From an uncultured Chloroflexia bacterium (lineage in GTDB: Bacteria; Chloroflexota; Anaerolineae; CG2-30-64-16), in NCBI GenBank assembly GCA_963774265.1, contig CAVZDU010000007.1, positions 320,001 through 384,000 of the forward strand: DNA of 64,000 bases, in the 5' to 3' direction. The position numbers were made by a program, and so were the translations under genes. Numbering within the stretch: position 1 is the first letter of the stretch; every line of letters begins with the position of its first letter. Below the pieces are notes generated by a model that saw only the letters and a program-made list of their open reading frames with translations, did not search any database and was not told where the DNA came from. Of this stretch, positions 27,920 through 38,751 are shown piece by piece.

Positions 27920-29478
27920 AAGAAGCTCTCCTTTAGATTATTCAGTGTTTCGCCCATGGCAGCCATCCCTCGGCGCAGGGCTCGATACTCCCGGTGGTGT
28001 TGTTTGTAGAACTCGTGGCGTTTCCGGTCAGGGGTGTAGATTGGGCCAGGACTCGCTTCGCTCGCCGTGCGCGCCATGCGCAGCGGGTCGGAGTCGACCA
28101 AGCCCAGCGCGTGCATGCCCAGGAGGCCCGCGCCCGTGGCCGAGGTGTCGGCGACTTCCAACGCCATCAGTTGGACCCCCAGCATGTCGGCCAGGATCTG
28201 GGACCACAGCGGTGTGCGGGTGATGCCGCCTGTTAGCCGCACCACCTCGCCGCCGGCCGTTTCTGAGCCATACAGCGCGTCCCATACGTCGGCCAGGCAG
28301 TTGGCCACCCCTTCCATCGCCGCCCGCGCGATGTGAACGCGGGTATGCTGCATCCCCAGGCCGTACAGCATCCCCTTGTCCTTGGGCGCCCAGTGCGGGC
28401 TGCGCTCGCCGGCAAAGTAGGGCAGCAGGAAGACGCCCTCCGCGCCGGGCGCCACGGATTCCGCGTCGGCCGCCAACTGGTCGAAGCCGGCGGCTCCGAC
28501 CAGCTCGGGGTAGAGTTTTTCCCGCACCCATTGCAGCGCCAGCCCGCCGTTGTTGATGGCCCCCCCGATGAACCAGAGCGGTTCTTCGGACTGGCCCTCA
28601 GGCCGTCCTGTGGATGACCCTGCAAGCCGGTCAGTAAGCAGGTAACAGAAAGTGCGCTCGCCCGGATCGAACCAGGGCTCGCCAACGACCTTGCGCACCG
28701 CGCCGCTGGTGCCCACCGTGATCACCGCCTGGCCGGGTCGGGCGATGCCGGTGCCGAAGCTGGCCATGGCGCCATCACTGCCACCCGCGATCACGGGCAG
28801 ACCCGCCGGCAACCCGGTCGCGGCCGCCGCAGCATCGGTCAACCCACCCACCACCGCCGACGGGGAAACCAGCCGCGGCAATTGATCGGGGAGCACCTCT
28901 GCCAACCGGAGGACGCCTGTGTCCCACGTCAAGGTCTTGAGATTGAGAAGTCCGGTGGTGGAAGCCAGGCTCAGATCGCTGGCCCAGACGCCGGTCAGCG
29001 CGTGCAGGATCCAGTCTTTGAGCCCCACCCACAGGTGCGCGCGCTGCGCCAGCTCAGGTTCGACCCTGTTCCACCAACGCAAGCGCTGGAGATGGTAGGT
29101 AGAATGCACCGGGCAGCCCGTGCGCCGGTAGAGCGCATGGGTGTCCGTGTCGGCGACCAGGCCTCGATACACGGCAGTCGCCCGGGCATCGGCCCAAGTC
29201 ATGGCATTTGACATGGGTGTGCCGGTATCATCCGCGATTGGGAACAGGCTGTGCATCGCGCCGCTGAAGCAGATGCCTTGCGGCGGCACGGGCGTTGTTT
29301 CTGCCACGGCGCGGAGCACCTTCTTCACGGCTTCCCAGACATCCCTGACGTCTTGCTCGGCCCAGCCTGGATGCGGGATCTGCAGCCTGTAGCCGTCAGA
29401 GGCCGCGGCCCGGACGCGGCCATCCGCATCCAGGACCACCGCTTTACAGTTCGTCGTGCCCAGATCCAGCCCGATCAT
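27916..29478 (-). CDS. gntK: FGGY-family carbohydrate kinase, gluconokinase-like
   Basis: GLDLGTT, FSGAMHSL, TWADARA, LYRRTGCPVH, GSDG, TVGTSGAVR, GGAINNGG, LPYFAGERSP. Confidence 0.8.
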   Translation of the reverse strand: MIGLDLGTTNCKAVVLDADGRVRAAASDGYRLQIPHPGWAEQDVRDVWEAVKKVLRAVAETTPVPPQGICFSGAMHSLFPIADDTGTPMSNAMTWADARATAVYRGLVADTDTHALYRRTGCPVHSTYHLQRLRWWNRVEPELAQRAHLWVGLKDWILHALTGVWASDLSLASTTGLLNLKTLTWDTGVLRLAEVLPDQLPRLVSPSAVVGGLTDAAAAATGLPAGLPVIAGGSDGAMASFGTGIARPGQAVITVGTSGAVRKVVGEPWFDPGERTFCYLLTDRLAGSSTGRPEGQSEEPLWFIGGAINNGGLALQWVREKLYPELVGAAGFDQLAADAESVAPGAEGVFLLPYFAGERSPHWAPKDKGMLYGLGMQHTRVHIARAAMEGVANCLADVWDALYGSETAGGEVVRLTGGITRTPLWSQILADMLGVQLMALEVADTSATGAGLLGMHALGLVDSDPLRMARTASEASPGPIYTPDRKRHEFYKQHHREYRALRRGMAAMGETLNNLKESFL

Positions 29479-29494
29479 CAAACCTCCTGAATAG

Positions 29495-29566
29495 CTACGG
29501 AGATCATAGAGATCACTGTGAATTTCATTTCCGAATGCTCTCTGCGTTCTCTGTGTCCTCTGTGGC
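29495..29566. repeat. 9-mer CTCTGnGTn repeat element
   Basis: ctctgcgttctctgtgtcctctgtggc plus a loosely opposed acggagatcatagagatc arm, between uxaC and gntK. Confidence 0.55.
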
Positions 29567-29573
29567 AAAACCT

Positions 29574-31004
29574 TTACAGTTTGAACGTCCGCCGGCCCAG
29601 ACCGTTCGCCAGCTCGGGCGCCATTTCGGCGGCATCCCCCATGTCGATCAGCCCGCGCACGACTAGCCCCGCAAGCCAGTTTGCAGACGCTCGGCGCCAG
29701 ACATCGTGTCGCGCCGGGATCGAGACGAAGGCACGCGTGTCGTCGATGAACCCGATGGTATTATACAACCCGGCGGTCTCCATCACCTGGTCAAAATAGC
29801 GCGCCATGCCGTTCAGACTATCCTGGAACCACCACGGCGGCCCCAGTTTGAGAGCGGGATAGTGCCCGGCCAGGGGCGCCATCTCGCGCGAATAGCCGGT
29901 CTCATCCATGGTGAAGAGGAGCATCGTGAGCCGCGGGTCGTTGCCGAAGCGGTCGGTCACCGGTTTGAGGTTCTGCACCCATTCGGTCTCGATAGGGATG
30001 TCGTGGCCCTTGTCCGCTCCGAACTTCTCAAACACGAGCGGATTGTGGTTGCGGTAGCAGCCCGCGTGGAACTGCATAACCAGACCGTCCTCGACGCTCA
30101 TGCGCGCCATCTCGAACGCGATGTAGCCGGTGAAGCGCCGCGCGTCCTCGGCTGTCGCCTTGCCGGCCAGTGCGCGGGCGAAGATCGCCTCGGAATCCGC
30201 GGAGGACATCGCCTCAGTATACGGCGTCTCCACGCCGCTGTCGGTGGAGGTGCAGCCCACGGTCTTGAAGAAGGCCCGCCGCTCCTCGAGCGCGGTGATG
30301 AGCGCCCTGGCCGTGGTGATCTCCCGACCGACGACCGCACTGAGCGCATCGAGATTCGCGCGCCAGGCAGGCAGCGCGAGGTTCGTGACCGCATCGGGAC
30401 GGAAAGTTGGCCGGACGACCCCCTTCCACCCCGATTTCTTGATCGCCTTGTGGTGTTCGAGTGAATCGGCGGCCCCATCGGTGGTGCACATGACTTCGAT
30501 TTTGAACCGCTCGAACAGCGCGCGTGGGCGGTACTCGGGCCGGGCCAGCTTCTCGGCCAGCTCGTCGTAGGTCGCCTGCGCGGTGGCGCCCGTCAGCTTC
30601 TGCTTGATGCCGAAGATCTCGTACAACTCATGGGCCAGCCAGACGCCGCTGGGGCAGCCGCGGAAGAGGTAGAAGTGCTCGGCAAAGGTCTGCCAGATCT
30701 TGCGATGATCCGTCTCTACCGGACCCCCGTCACGGGCGGCCTCCGGCCGCTTAGGGATGCCCAACGACTCCAGGGGGACGCCCTGGGAGTAAAGCATGCG
30801 GAACACGTAATGGTCGGGGATGATGAACAGGTCGGCGGGCGTGCCGAAGGTCGCATTCTCGTCGGCCAGCAGTGTGGGATCGACGTGGCCGTGCGGACTG
30901 ACGATGGGCAGACCCGCGATGCTATCATAGAGCTCGCGTGCCACGCGGCGCTGTCCAGGGTCAGGTGCGAAGAAACGATCCGGTGACAAAAGCGGTTCTG
31001 GCAT
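29574..31004 (-). CDS. uxaC: Glucuronate isomerase
   Basis: IVSPHGH, PDHYVFRMLYSQG, CTTD, PTFRPD, QFHAG, GPPWWF, FIDDTRAF, ARHDVWRR. Confidence 0.93.
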   Translation of the reverse strand: MPEPLLSPDRFFAPDPGQRRVARELYDSIAGLPIVSPHGHVDPTLLADENATFGTPADLFIIPDHYVFRMLYSQGVPLESLGIPKRPEAARDGGPVETDHRKIWQTFAEHFYLFRGCPSGVWLAHELYEIFGIKQKLTGATAQATYDELAEKLARPEYRPRALFERFKIEVMCTTDGAADSLEHHKAIKKSGWKGVVRPTFRPDAVTNLALPAWRANLDALSAVVGREITTARALITALEERRAFFKTVGCTSTDSGVETPYTEAMSSADSEAIFARALAGKATAEDARRFTGYIAFEMARMSVEDGLVMQFHAGCYRNHNPLVFEKFGADKGHDIPIETEWVQNLKPVTDRFGNDPRLTMLLFTMDETGYSREMAPLAGHYPALKLGPPWWFQDSLNGMARYFDQVMETAGLYNTIGFIDDTRAFVSIPARHDVWRRASANWLAGLVVRGLIDMGDAAEMAPELANGLGRRTFKL

Positions 31005-31060
31005 GTGTCCTCCTATACGATAACCTGGCTTGACAGGTGCCGGGCATCTCACTCCACCAT

Positions 31061-32851
31061 CTACTTCGTCCAGAATTCACGCAGCACGTGCGCGGCCATC
31101 TTCGGCGTGCGGACGCGGGTGAAAATGCCCTTATGGTTCAAACCACCGACGCGCATGAGGCCCTGCACCGCCGCGAAGTCCGCGAAGTTCCACACCTGCA
31201 TGCCTGCGACAAAGTCGCGGGTCTCCGCTACTTCCATATGGAAGCGGATGTACTGGGCCTGGTACTCTTCGGTCCACATGACGTCGGGTAGACCGTGATA
31301 CCCGGGCACGGTGTCGGCGCCGAACTCGGTCATGATGATCGGCTTGTGGAATCGATCCCAGACCTGGTCGAGCTCCTCCTCGAGCCGCTGCCGCGCCTTG
31401 TCCAACTGGCCGCCGAGCGAGTACCAGCCGTGGTAGCGGTTCATGCAGATGACGTCGCACTGCTCCATCCAGTTCTGCGGCCCGCCCCCCACGGTCACGA
31501 TCGTCACCAGACGCGTCGGATCCAACTCCCGCGCACGGGCCAGCTCCGTGTCGAGGAACTGTTTGCCCGGCAGGTTTGCTTCTTCGTAGGCCGGGTCATA
31601 CCCGCCCCCGCCTGAGGCGCCAACGCTGATGCCGCCGGGCATCGGCTCGTTGGCCACGCACCACATCACCACGGCCGGATGGTTCTTGTCGCGGGCGATC
31701 ATCTCTTCGATCTGCTGCAGGCACATGCGCAGTCGTTCGGGAAATCTGACTGTATCGCTCATCTGCAGGCTGACGGCGGGGATCTCGTCGATGATCAGGA
31801 AGCCCTCGCGGTCTGCCATCTGCATCTCTTCCTCGCTGTACGGGTAGTGCGAGGTGCGATAGGCATTGGCTCCTATCCAGCTTCATGAGCTGGTAGTCTT
31901 TGACGATCAGGGGGATGTTCAGTCCCTTCCCGCTGGCGGGGAAATCCTCGTGGCGGCCGAAGCCGTTCAGCTTCACCGGCTGGCCGTTGAGCAGGATCTT
32001 GCCGCCGTCCACCGCAATCGTGCGGATGCCGACCTTGAGGCTGTATTGATCGTCGCCGTTTTCGCGATCGATCTTGACGGTCAGGTTATAGAGGTACGGG
32101 TCCTTGTCCGACCACAGATGCGCGTTTGGCACGGCCAATACCGCCTCGGCCACGCCACCTACAAAAGTGAGGTCGGCCTCCATGTCGGTGACCCCGCCCT
32201 TGAGCTGCACCGAGCCCTTCCCGTCCATCGTCGCATTCAGCTTAACCTTGACCTTGACCTGGGCCTCGGGTTCGATGGTAGTGACGACGGTGACATCCTC
32301 GATGTAGGTCTGCGGGACGGTATACAGCACTACCGGGCGCTGCAGCCCGCAAAACGGGTAGAAGTCGAACGTGGTGCGCGGCGTGCTGGAGAGCGTGTCA
32401 AACGCAGTTTTCGTCGGCATGTTGCCGGAGGGGACGCGATCGGGCTTCAGCACATTCTCGACGCTGATGGCGATGATGTTCTCTTCGCCCCACTTGATCT
32501 GGTCGTTGATCTCGAACGCGAAGGGGAGATGCCCGCCTTCGTGCGAGCCGACCTTGATGCCGTTGACATAAACGGTCCCGAAGTAATTGGCCGAGCCGAC
32601 GCGGAGGAACACGCGGTCGCACTTCCAGCTCTTGGGGATGTAGGTCGCCTTGACGTACCAGGCAAGGTCCAGGTAGCCGAAGAGATCTTGTACTGCTCGT
32701 TCCAGCTGCCGGGAACGGCCATCGGCCGGGAGCCGATCAGCCCGTTGGCCCAACCTTCTTTCTCCCCAACCCAGTCGGGATCACACTTGAAATCCCAGAT
32801 GCCGGAGATGTCGAGCTTGTTGCGGAAATTGTTCTGAATCGGATACAGCAC
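31061..32851 (-). CDS. uidA: GH2 beta-glucuronidase, frameshifts near 32690 and 31870
   Basis: LYPIQN..R, DISGIWDF, VPGSWNEQ, HEGGHLPF, FGRHED, RTSHYPY, MWCVANEP, TEFGAD, WNFADF, NHKG (N-K motif). Confidence 0.9.
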
Positions 32852-32885
32852 CGTCGCCTCCTTGAGATGTGTCATGGCCTACGCA

Positions 32886-32948
32886 TTGCAAATCGCAGAT
32901 TGAAGATTGAAGACAAGCCTGTTGTTGTCGCCCTCAATCTGCAATCTC
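32886..32948. repeat. Inverted heptamer-repeat element (GATTGAA/GATTGCA)
   Basis: gcagattgaagattgaagac ... ctcaatctgcaatct. Confidence 0.65.
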
Positions 32949-32984
32949 CGCCCTGCAGGGCGTGTGGCGGATCGGGTTCTTTCC

Positions 32985-33017
32985 AGGTGCCCGGCACCTG
33001 CCAGGTGCCGGGCACCT
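32985..33017. repeat. AGGTGCCnGGCACCT double palindrome (REP-like)
   Basis: AGGTGCCCGGCACCTG-C-CAGGTGCCGGGCACCT, a 16-bp perfect inverted repeat. Confidence 0.75.
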
Positions 33018-33094
33018 TCGCCTACGGGTATGGCAGGAGCGGCAGGCTCCCATGCCATCCGACGTAGCTGCCGCCCCTCATGTCGTCAGATGGT

Positions 33095-34413
33095 CTACTT
33101 CATCTGGCCGGCAGATTGAGCGGCCATCCTGGCCCTCCGCTTTTGCACGTCCTTGGGATAGGTAAAGTAGAACAGCGTCCAGAAGACGGCGTTGACCGCG
33201 TACGGCAGGCAGACCATGAAGAGAAAGACCCTGTCGAGGCTCCCCAGCGCCTTGGACAGCGGCTTGATCAACAGCAGGTAGATGGCCGTGATCGCGCCCT
33301 GAATGAAGGAGAAGAGCAGGGCGAACGTGGTGGCCGCATACTGCGGCTCAACGATCTGCCCGACCATCGGCAGCACCGCGCCCGAGAAGCCCCACGAGCC
33401 GATCAGGCCGGTCAGGAAGGCTATGATATAGACCGGAATGCCCATGCCCCAGTCGATCTGCGTGAATAGGTAGGTCATGATCGCCCAGGACACCAGGTAG
33501 AGCTGCATGAACATGACGCGGCCCTTGTCCCCGAACCTCTTCTGGAACCAGTCGCCGATGGTGCCGCCAGTAAGGCCGCCAACCGCGAAGCCGGCCATGA
33601 AGACCGTGTAGAGCACGGCCGCCGCGGGGGTCGACCACCCGCGCACCTTCACGAAGTAGGTGACCATGAACGCGAAGAACACCATCGAGGTGACGAACAG
33701 CAGCATGACCGCCATGAGCCAGAACGACGGGATCTTGGCGATCTGTTTGATGTCAGACATCTTGAACTTGCCGGCGTCCGGATCGCCAACCACGATGCGG
33801 CGGGGCGGCTCCTTGAGGAAGATCTGCAGCAGGAGGCCGCTCACGAGGCTGATGATGCCCATGCCGTACATGCCATAGCGCCAGCCGTTCTCGACGTTGG
33901 CGAGCTGACCGATGAGGGGTGTCAGGATGAGGCCGGCGCCCACGCCGATGGTGCGGAGGGTGCCGTACGCCTTGCCGCGCTCATCTTCATCGAACATGTC
34001 CACCATGAGGCCGTTCTGGATAGGTTCCGCGGCCACAGTGCCGATCGCGCCGATCGTGTACAGGATCAACAACTGGGTGAAGTTCTGCGCGAGGCCGGCC
34101 GCGATGGTCCAGAGACCCCAGACGCCGGTCATCCAGACCATGACCTTCTTGCGGCCGAACTTGTCGCCCGACGATGGCCCACAAGGTGCCGAAGAGCATG
34201 CGGGCCCACTTGCTCATGCTGGACAGGGTGCCCAGCGCGCCGACGTCGAGGTTCAAGGCCTTCGAGATCACCGGGAACAGGGTGTTGATGAGGCCGCCCT
34301 CCATGCTGTCGCTCATCGTTGCCGACCGCGAAGGCGAACATGGCCCCTGGACGAGTCTTCTTATACTCCGGGGTGAGAACGGAAGGTGGTGCTTTGACTT
34401 CTTCTACTGCCAT
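33095..34413 (-). CDS. MFS transporter, frameshifts near 34170 and 34320
   Basis: About 12 hydrophobic helices, (A)DKFGRK motif A, DEDERGKAYG, GDWFQKRFG. Confidence 0.85.
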
Positions 34414-34567
34414 GAGACACTCTCCTTGGGTAAAATATGGTGAGCGGATGACCCGCTCCCTGGGCGTGATTTAGAGCCGCTGGCAAGGCGGACGGATGTT
34501 GCCACAGTGATACTCCTTCGGGCGACGCACCTCACGAGGTGGGAGAGGGTCGCGCCTACTGCGGGTG

Positions 34568-35854
34568 TCAATCCCCAACAACCGGCGGCGTCCGCAACAA
34601 TTCATCCACCAGGAGCGCGGCTGCGCCCAATCTGCAGGCCTCTGGGCCGTGCCCCGCATGAACGATCGTCGGGGGCGCCACCCCGCGCCGCGTCAACTGC
34701 CGGCGGACAGCCGCTGGCAGGTCGAGTTCCGCGCTCAAAGCGCGCATACGCGTGTGATACTCGTCCGAGAGCGCCACACTGGCCCAGCCGATGACCACCA
34801 GCTCTGGGTCGAAGAGGCGCACAAGATTGGTGATTCCGAGTGCGTGGTTCATCTGAACCGCGCGAATGACGTCCATCGCAAGCGTGTCACCCTCCACGGC
34901 TGCCTCCTGGATGGCAGAGTGATCGAGCGCCGCGCCACCCGGGTGGCGGCCGTTGGTGCGGCCCCGCAGAACGCTGGCCTCGCCAGCAGCGAGTCTTGCA
35001 GCGGCCAGCTCGACCTCGTGTTCCACGTTCACCGCGGCCTGCCAACAGCCCCGCTGGCCGCAACTGCAGAGCGGTCCGTTGGGGTCGAGGATCATATGAC
35101 CGACATCCACCGCCAGGCCCCGGGCGCCACGGTGCGGGTACCCGTCGGTGACCACGGCGGCGTCGACGCTGGCCCCTACATCCGTGCCGATGCTGACGTA
35201 GACAAAGCTGGCAACTCCCTGGGCGTTGCCGCTGAGCAGTTCGGCCATTGCCGCGGCTCGGGCCTTGTTCTCCAAGATCACCGGCAAAGCAAAGCGCTGC
35301 TCCAAGAACTGCCTGAGAGCCAGCTCCTTCCAGCCGAGGGCCGGCGCATTGACGAGGCCCTGGGGGCCCGGATCGACGATGCCAGGCACGCCTACCCCGA
35401 TGCCCAGGGGCGGAATATCGCGTTCTTGGGCCTGATCGATGGCTTCGGCGATCAATGCCTCCGTCTGGGCTAGAATCGCCTCCAGATCGCTGCCAACCGG
35501 CGTTAGCGTGGAGCGCTGCCACAACGGTTCTCCGCAGAGGTCGGTCAAGACGGCTGCTGAGTAGTTGGTGCTGATTTCTACGCCGATCGCGCAGCGTGCC
35601 AGCGGGTTGAGTTCGAGGAGCATGCCGGGTCTGCCGAGCCCCGTGCGGTCTTGGCCGGCCTCGCGGATCAGGCCCAGGGAGGCCAGGTCCGCGCAGATCG
35701 CCGACACCGTTGCTTTGGTCAGGCCGTTGCGCTGCGCCAGCATCGCCTGAGAAAGCGGCGCATGGCGCCAAAGGTCGCGCAGCAGAACTGAGGTGTTCTG
35801 CTGGCGAGCTTCTTTTTGTTGGGAGTACGGCGTCTTCGGCATGTGATAGCTCAT
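34568..35854 (-). CDS. ROK family transcriptional repressor, paralog of 7376..8641
   Basis: KTPYSQQ..ARQQNTS, GLTKATVS HTH, GIGVGVPG, GHMILDPNG..CSCGQRGCW. Confidence 0.9.
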   Translation of the reverse strand: MSYHMPKTPYSQQKEARQQNTSVLLRDLWRHAPLSQAMLAQRNGLTKATVSAICADLASLGLIREAGQDRTGLGRPGMLLELNPLARCAIGVEISTNYSAAVLTDLCGEPLWQRSTLTPVGSDLEAILAQTEALIAEAIDQAQERDIPPLGIGVGVPGIVDPGPQGLVNAPALGWKELALRQFLEQRFALPVILENKARAAAMAELLSGNAQGVASFVYVSIGTDVGASVDAAVVTDGYPHRGARGLAVDVGHMILDPNGPLCSCGQRGCWQAAVNVEHEVELAAARLAAGEASVLRGRTNGRHPGGAALDHSAIQEAAVEGDTLAMDVIRAVQMNHALGITNLVRLFDPELVVIGWASVALSDEYHTRMRALSAELDLPAAVRRQLTRRGVAPPTIVHAGHGPEACRLGAAALLVDELLRTPPVVGD

Positions 35855-35873
35855 CCTGCTATCTTAAGTTCGC

Positions 35874-37616
35874 CTACAGCTTCGCCTGCCACTTGCCGGC
35901 CCAAACGAGATCGTTCGGCTTGCCCTTGAACTCGGACTCGCCCATGATCTTATCGACGACCTGTTTGATGATCTCCGGGTTGCTGTGGTAGGCGTTGATG
36001 TAGCACTTCACCATCGTCGCATCATGCAGGTGGGTCGTGAAGTTCAGCGACACCATGACGGTCGGCACTTCCTGGACGTACCAGGGGCACTCGTTGCTCA
36101 TAGCGGTCTTCCACTGGATCCGGTAGTTGTTCTGCGCGCCGTAGCCGACGACGTCGGCAACGATGAGCGCCGCATCATAGTTCTTGCGATAGTCCAGCGT
36201 GCGGCCTTTCACGCGGGTGGTGCCATCGTTCACCGTGACTTCAAAGCCGCGCTTCTCCAGCTCGGCTACCACGGCCTCAAGGACTTTCGCCCCGGCTGCC
36301 GCGATGCCGCCGACTTCACCCTGCAGGTAGTACACGCGGATGCGCTTATGGGTCTCCGGCCGGATGGGAAGCTGGTTGAAGGTGTTTTTGACGAGCGTGA
36401 TCCCCTTATCCGCGGCATCGGCGCGCATCGCCAGGTGCTCCGCGCAGCCGACGACTTCCAGATCTTTCTCGGTTTTTAGCAGCGTGCCCGCTGCCCGTTT
36501 CTTGTGCAAGTTCAGCTTCGCCTTCAGCCCCAGGACTCTCCGAACGGCATCATTCATGCGTTCTTCCGTGATCACGCCCTTCTTGTACCCGTTCAGCATG
36601 AAGTTGAAGTCTTCTTCCATGTCATTGAAGAACAGGAACATGTCGCAGCCGGCCGCGATCGCGCCCGGCACGTAGTCTTCGCGACGCATTGCGGACGTCA
36701 TGCCCAGCATGTGGCTGGCGTCGGTGATCACCATCCCGTTGAAGCCCAGCTGCTCTTTTAACAGGCCCTGGATCAGTTCTTCCGCCAGCGTGGCCGGCAG
36801 GATATCCTTGTCTTCCAACTTGGGGTTGAGCTTCTGCTGATAGTAGGGCAGCGCGATGTGGCCAGCCATGAACATCTCTACGCCGTCCTCGATGTGGTGC
36901 TTGTAAACACGACCGAACGATGCATCCCACTCCTCGGGAGAAAGCTCGTTCACCCCCAGCACCAGGTGCTGATCGCGCTCTTCGGTGCCATCGCCGGGGA
37001 AGTGTTTGATGCAGGTGACCATATTGCAGCGGCCATCGTCGCCGGCGCCGGCGCGGTATCCTTCGATGTACGCACTGGTGTATTTGATCACATCGTCTGC
37101 ATTGGTGCCGTAGGCGCGGGTGTTGACGATTGTGTTGCGCCAGTTGATCAGGATATCCACGCAGGGGTCGAAGTTCACGTTGACGCCCAGGGCGCCAGCT
37201 TCCCGGGCGGACACATAGCCGGCGTTGTAGGCCACCTTCGGGTCGCCTGAGGCCTCACATTGGGCGCCGGAGGCGATATAAGTGCCGTCCGAGCACGCGC
37301 CGTTGCCGCCGGCATCACAGTTAGCTGCAATGAGCAAGGGGATTCTCGAGTCTGCTTGCAGGCTGTTCAACAGGTCCTGGCACATTTTTGCCTTGCCACC
37401 CTGCCACCGGGCGCCACCGATGTGATATTTCTCCAGAATCTGCGCGTTGGTCAGCTCATTGCCGCTGAAGGTGTCTTTCCCGAAAAAGAACAGGCTGGTG
37501 AAGAGCTGGCCTGCCTTTTCCTCGGCGGTCATCCGGGCCAGGGTCTCCTCCACCCATTGGATCTGTTCGGCCGACAGGTTGTAGGGTTTCGCTTTGAGGT
37601 TCACGAGTCTCGGCAT
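35874..37616 (-). CDS. Glycoside hydrolase family 3 (NagZ-like subgroup with C-terminal domain)
   Basis: EEKAGQLF, PLLIAANCDAGG, NTRAYG, KHFPGDG...DQH, LGFNGMVITDA, AGCDMFLF. Confidence 0.9.
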   Translation of the reverse strand: MPRLVNLKAKPYNLSAEQIQWVEETLARMTAEEKAGQLFTSLFFFGKDTFSGNELTNAQILEKYHIGGARWQGGKAKMCQDLLNSLQADSRIPLLIAANCDAGGNGACSDGTYIASGAQCEASGDPKVAYNAGYVSAREAGALGVNVNFDPCVDILINWRNTIVNTRAYGTNADDVIKYTSAYIEGYRAGAGDDGRCNMVTCIKHFPGDGTEERDQHLVLGVNELSPEEWDASFGRVYKHHIEDGVEMFMAGHIALPYYQQKLNPKLEDKDILPATLAEELIQGLLKEQLGFNGMVITDASHMLGMTSAMRREDYVPGAIAAGCDMFLFFNDMEEDFNFMLNGYKKGVITEERMNDAVRRVLGLKAKLNLHKKRAAGTLLKTEKDLEVVGCAEHLAMRADAADKGITLVKNTFNQLPIRPETHKRIRVYYLQGEVGGIAAAGAKVLEAVVAELEKRGFEVTVNDGTTRVKGRTLDYRKNYDAALIVADVVGYGAQNNYRIQWKTAMSNECPWYVQEVPTVMVSLNFTTHLHDATMVKCYINAYHSNPEIIKQVVDKIMGESEFKGKPNDLVWAGKWQAKL

Positions 37617-37649
37617 GGGTGTTTCCTCCTTTTGGGTTTCAGGTTACAA

Positions 37650-38579
37650 CTATTCCCACTCCATTTTCCCCAGCTTCTGCCACGGGGGCGTTTCGGGCAG
37701 CAGTTTTTCGAACTCAGCGATCAGCGCGGCCTCATAGTTGCCCTCATAGGTGCCGTCAAGGAATTTGCCTAGCGCCTCATCGTAGAAGCGTTTCCACGAC
37801 CGATCCTCACCGCCCGGGTTGATGGGGTAGTAGAGCACATCGACGCCCTTGGCGGAATCACGGTCGCCCGGCGCATCGCCAATCAAGAGGATATGGTCGT
37901 CGTCGTACTTCCCCTTAGCCGCGAACTGGAGATGCTGCTTCTTCGTGCCCATCTCTTGCCCGGCTATCACGCCCATGTATTGGGCGATCCCATGCTCGCC
38001 CCACTCGCGTTCGAGCGCCTCGACCGGCGTCGCCGAGACGACCATCAGGTCGACCTTGCCTTGCATCTTCTGCAGGCTTTCGCGCACCCACGGGAACGGC
38101 GGCACGCCGTGCACCATCTCAGCGATCGCTTCGTCGACGGTGAGCGACCACTGCACCGCTTGATCGAGCTCCGGGTCCGGGTGATCGGTCGCGTACTGGA
38201 CCATGCCCTTGTGGCTCAGTGGGTAGCCTGAGTCGATGAACTCCTTGAGCTTGTCGCCCTGGGGCACTTTCGCGTTGCGTGCCTTCACCTCAGGGCGCTC
38301 CCTCAACAGGTCGAAGACCCTGGTCAGCGCGATCCAGCGGTTCAGACCGCGGGTCTTCGAATACAGGTTCACGAATTCGCACGTCTCGCGCGCGTACTTC
38401 GAGACGGCCTGCAGCCCCCAGACTTTAACGATAGTGGGGGTGAAGCACTCTTTGTGCTTGAGCTCCATCGCATCGAACGCGCAGCCGTCCGAGTCAATCC
38501 CCACAAAGAAGGCTTGCTGGGGTTTGAAGTCGATCAACACGTGGGCCGCTTCCGGGACTTTTGCCGCTACTTTAGCCAT
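37650..38579 (-). CDS. HAD-superfamily hydrolase (copy 1)
   Basis: Motif I GIDSDG, motif II VVSAT, GTK, motif IV IGDAPGD. Confidence 0.85.
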   Translation of the reverse strand: MAKVAAKVPEAAHVLIDFKPQQAFFVGIDSDGCAFDAMELKHKECFTPTIVKVWGLQAVSKYARETCEFVNLYSKTRGLNRWIALTRVFDLLRERPEVKARNAKVPQGDKLKEFIDSGYPLSHKGMVQYATDHPDPELDQAVQWSLTVDEAIAEMVHGVPPFPWVRESLQKMQGKVDLMVVSATPVEALEREWGEHGIAQYMGVIAGQEMGTKKQHLQFAAKGKYDDDHILLIGDAPGDRDSAKGVDVLYYPINPGGEDRSWKRFYDEALGKFLDGTYEGNYEAALIAEFEKLLPETPPWQKLGKMEWE

Positions 38580-38618
38580 CGCGATCTCCTTTGAGTTGAC
38601 GGTTATTGGGAAGTAAAG

Positions 38619-38722
38619 TCGAAGATTGAAGGTTTTCGGGTGACAGGTTCCAGGTTTCAGGTTACAGGTTGCAGATTACATTACGGGTTACAATCTGCGA
38701 CCTTCAACCTCGAACCTTCAAA
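38619..38722. repeat. Long inverted heptamer-repeat element (CAGGTTn vs nAACCT)
   Basis: gaagattgaaggttt..caggttccaggtttcaggttacaggttgcagatt ... aatctgcgaccttcaacctcgaaccttc. Confidence 0.8.
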
Positions 38723-38751
38723 TAGTAGGGCTTCGCTTTCAGTTCTACTAT
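38719..38751 (-). pseudogene. 11-codon remnant of a GH3 gene start
   Basis: RBS GAAGGAGA then ATA GTA GAA CTG AAA GCG AAG CCC TAC TAT TTG = (I)VELKAKPYYL, matching LVNLKAKPYNL of the GH3 at 37616. Confidence 0.65.

Noticed and set aside
34414-34560. Possible riboswitch or ncRNA upstream of the MFS gene
   Set aside because: Only short hairpins; no aptamer consensus that I recognise.
38619-38722. Repeat arrays as possible CRISPR
   Set aside because: Units are 7 bp with no unique spacers and there are no cas genes.
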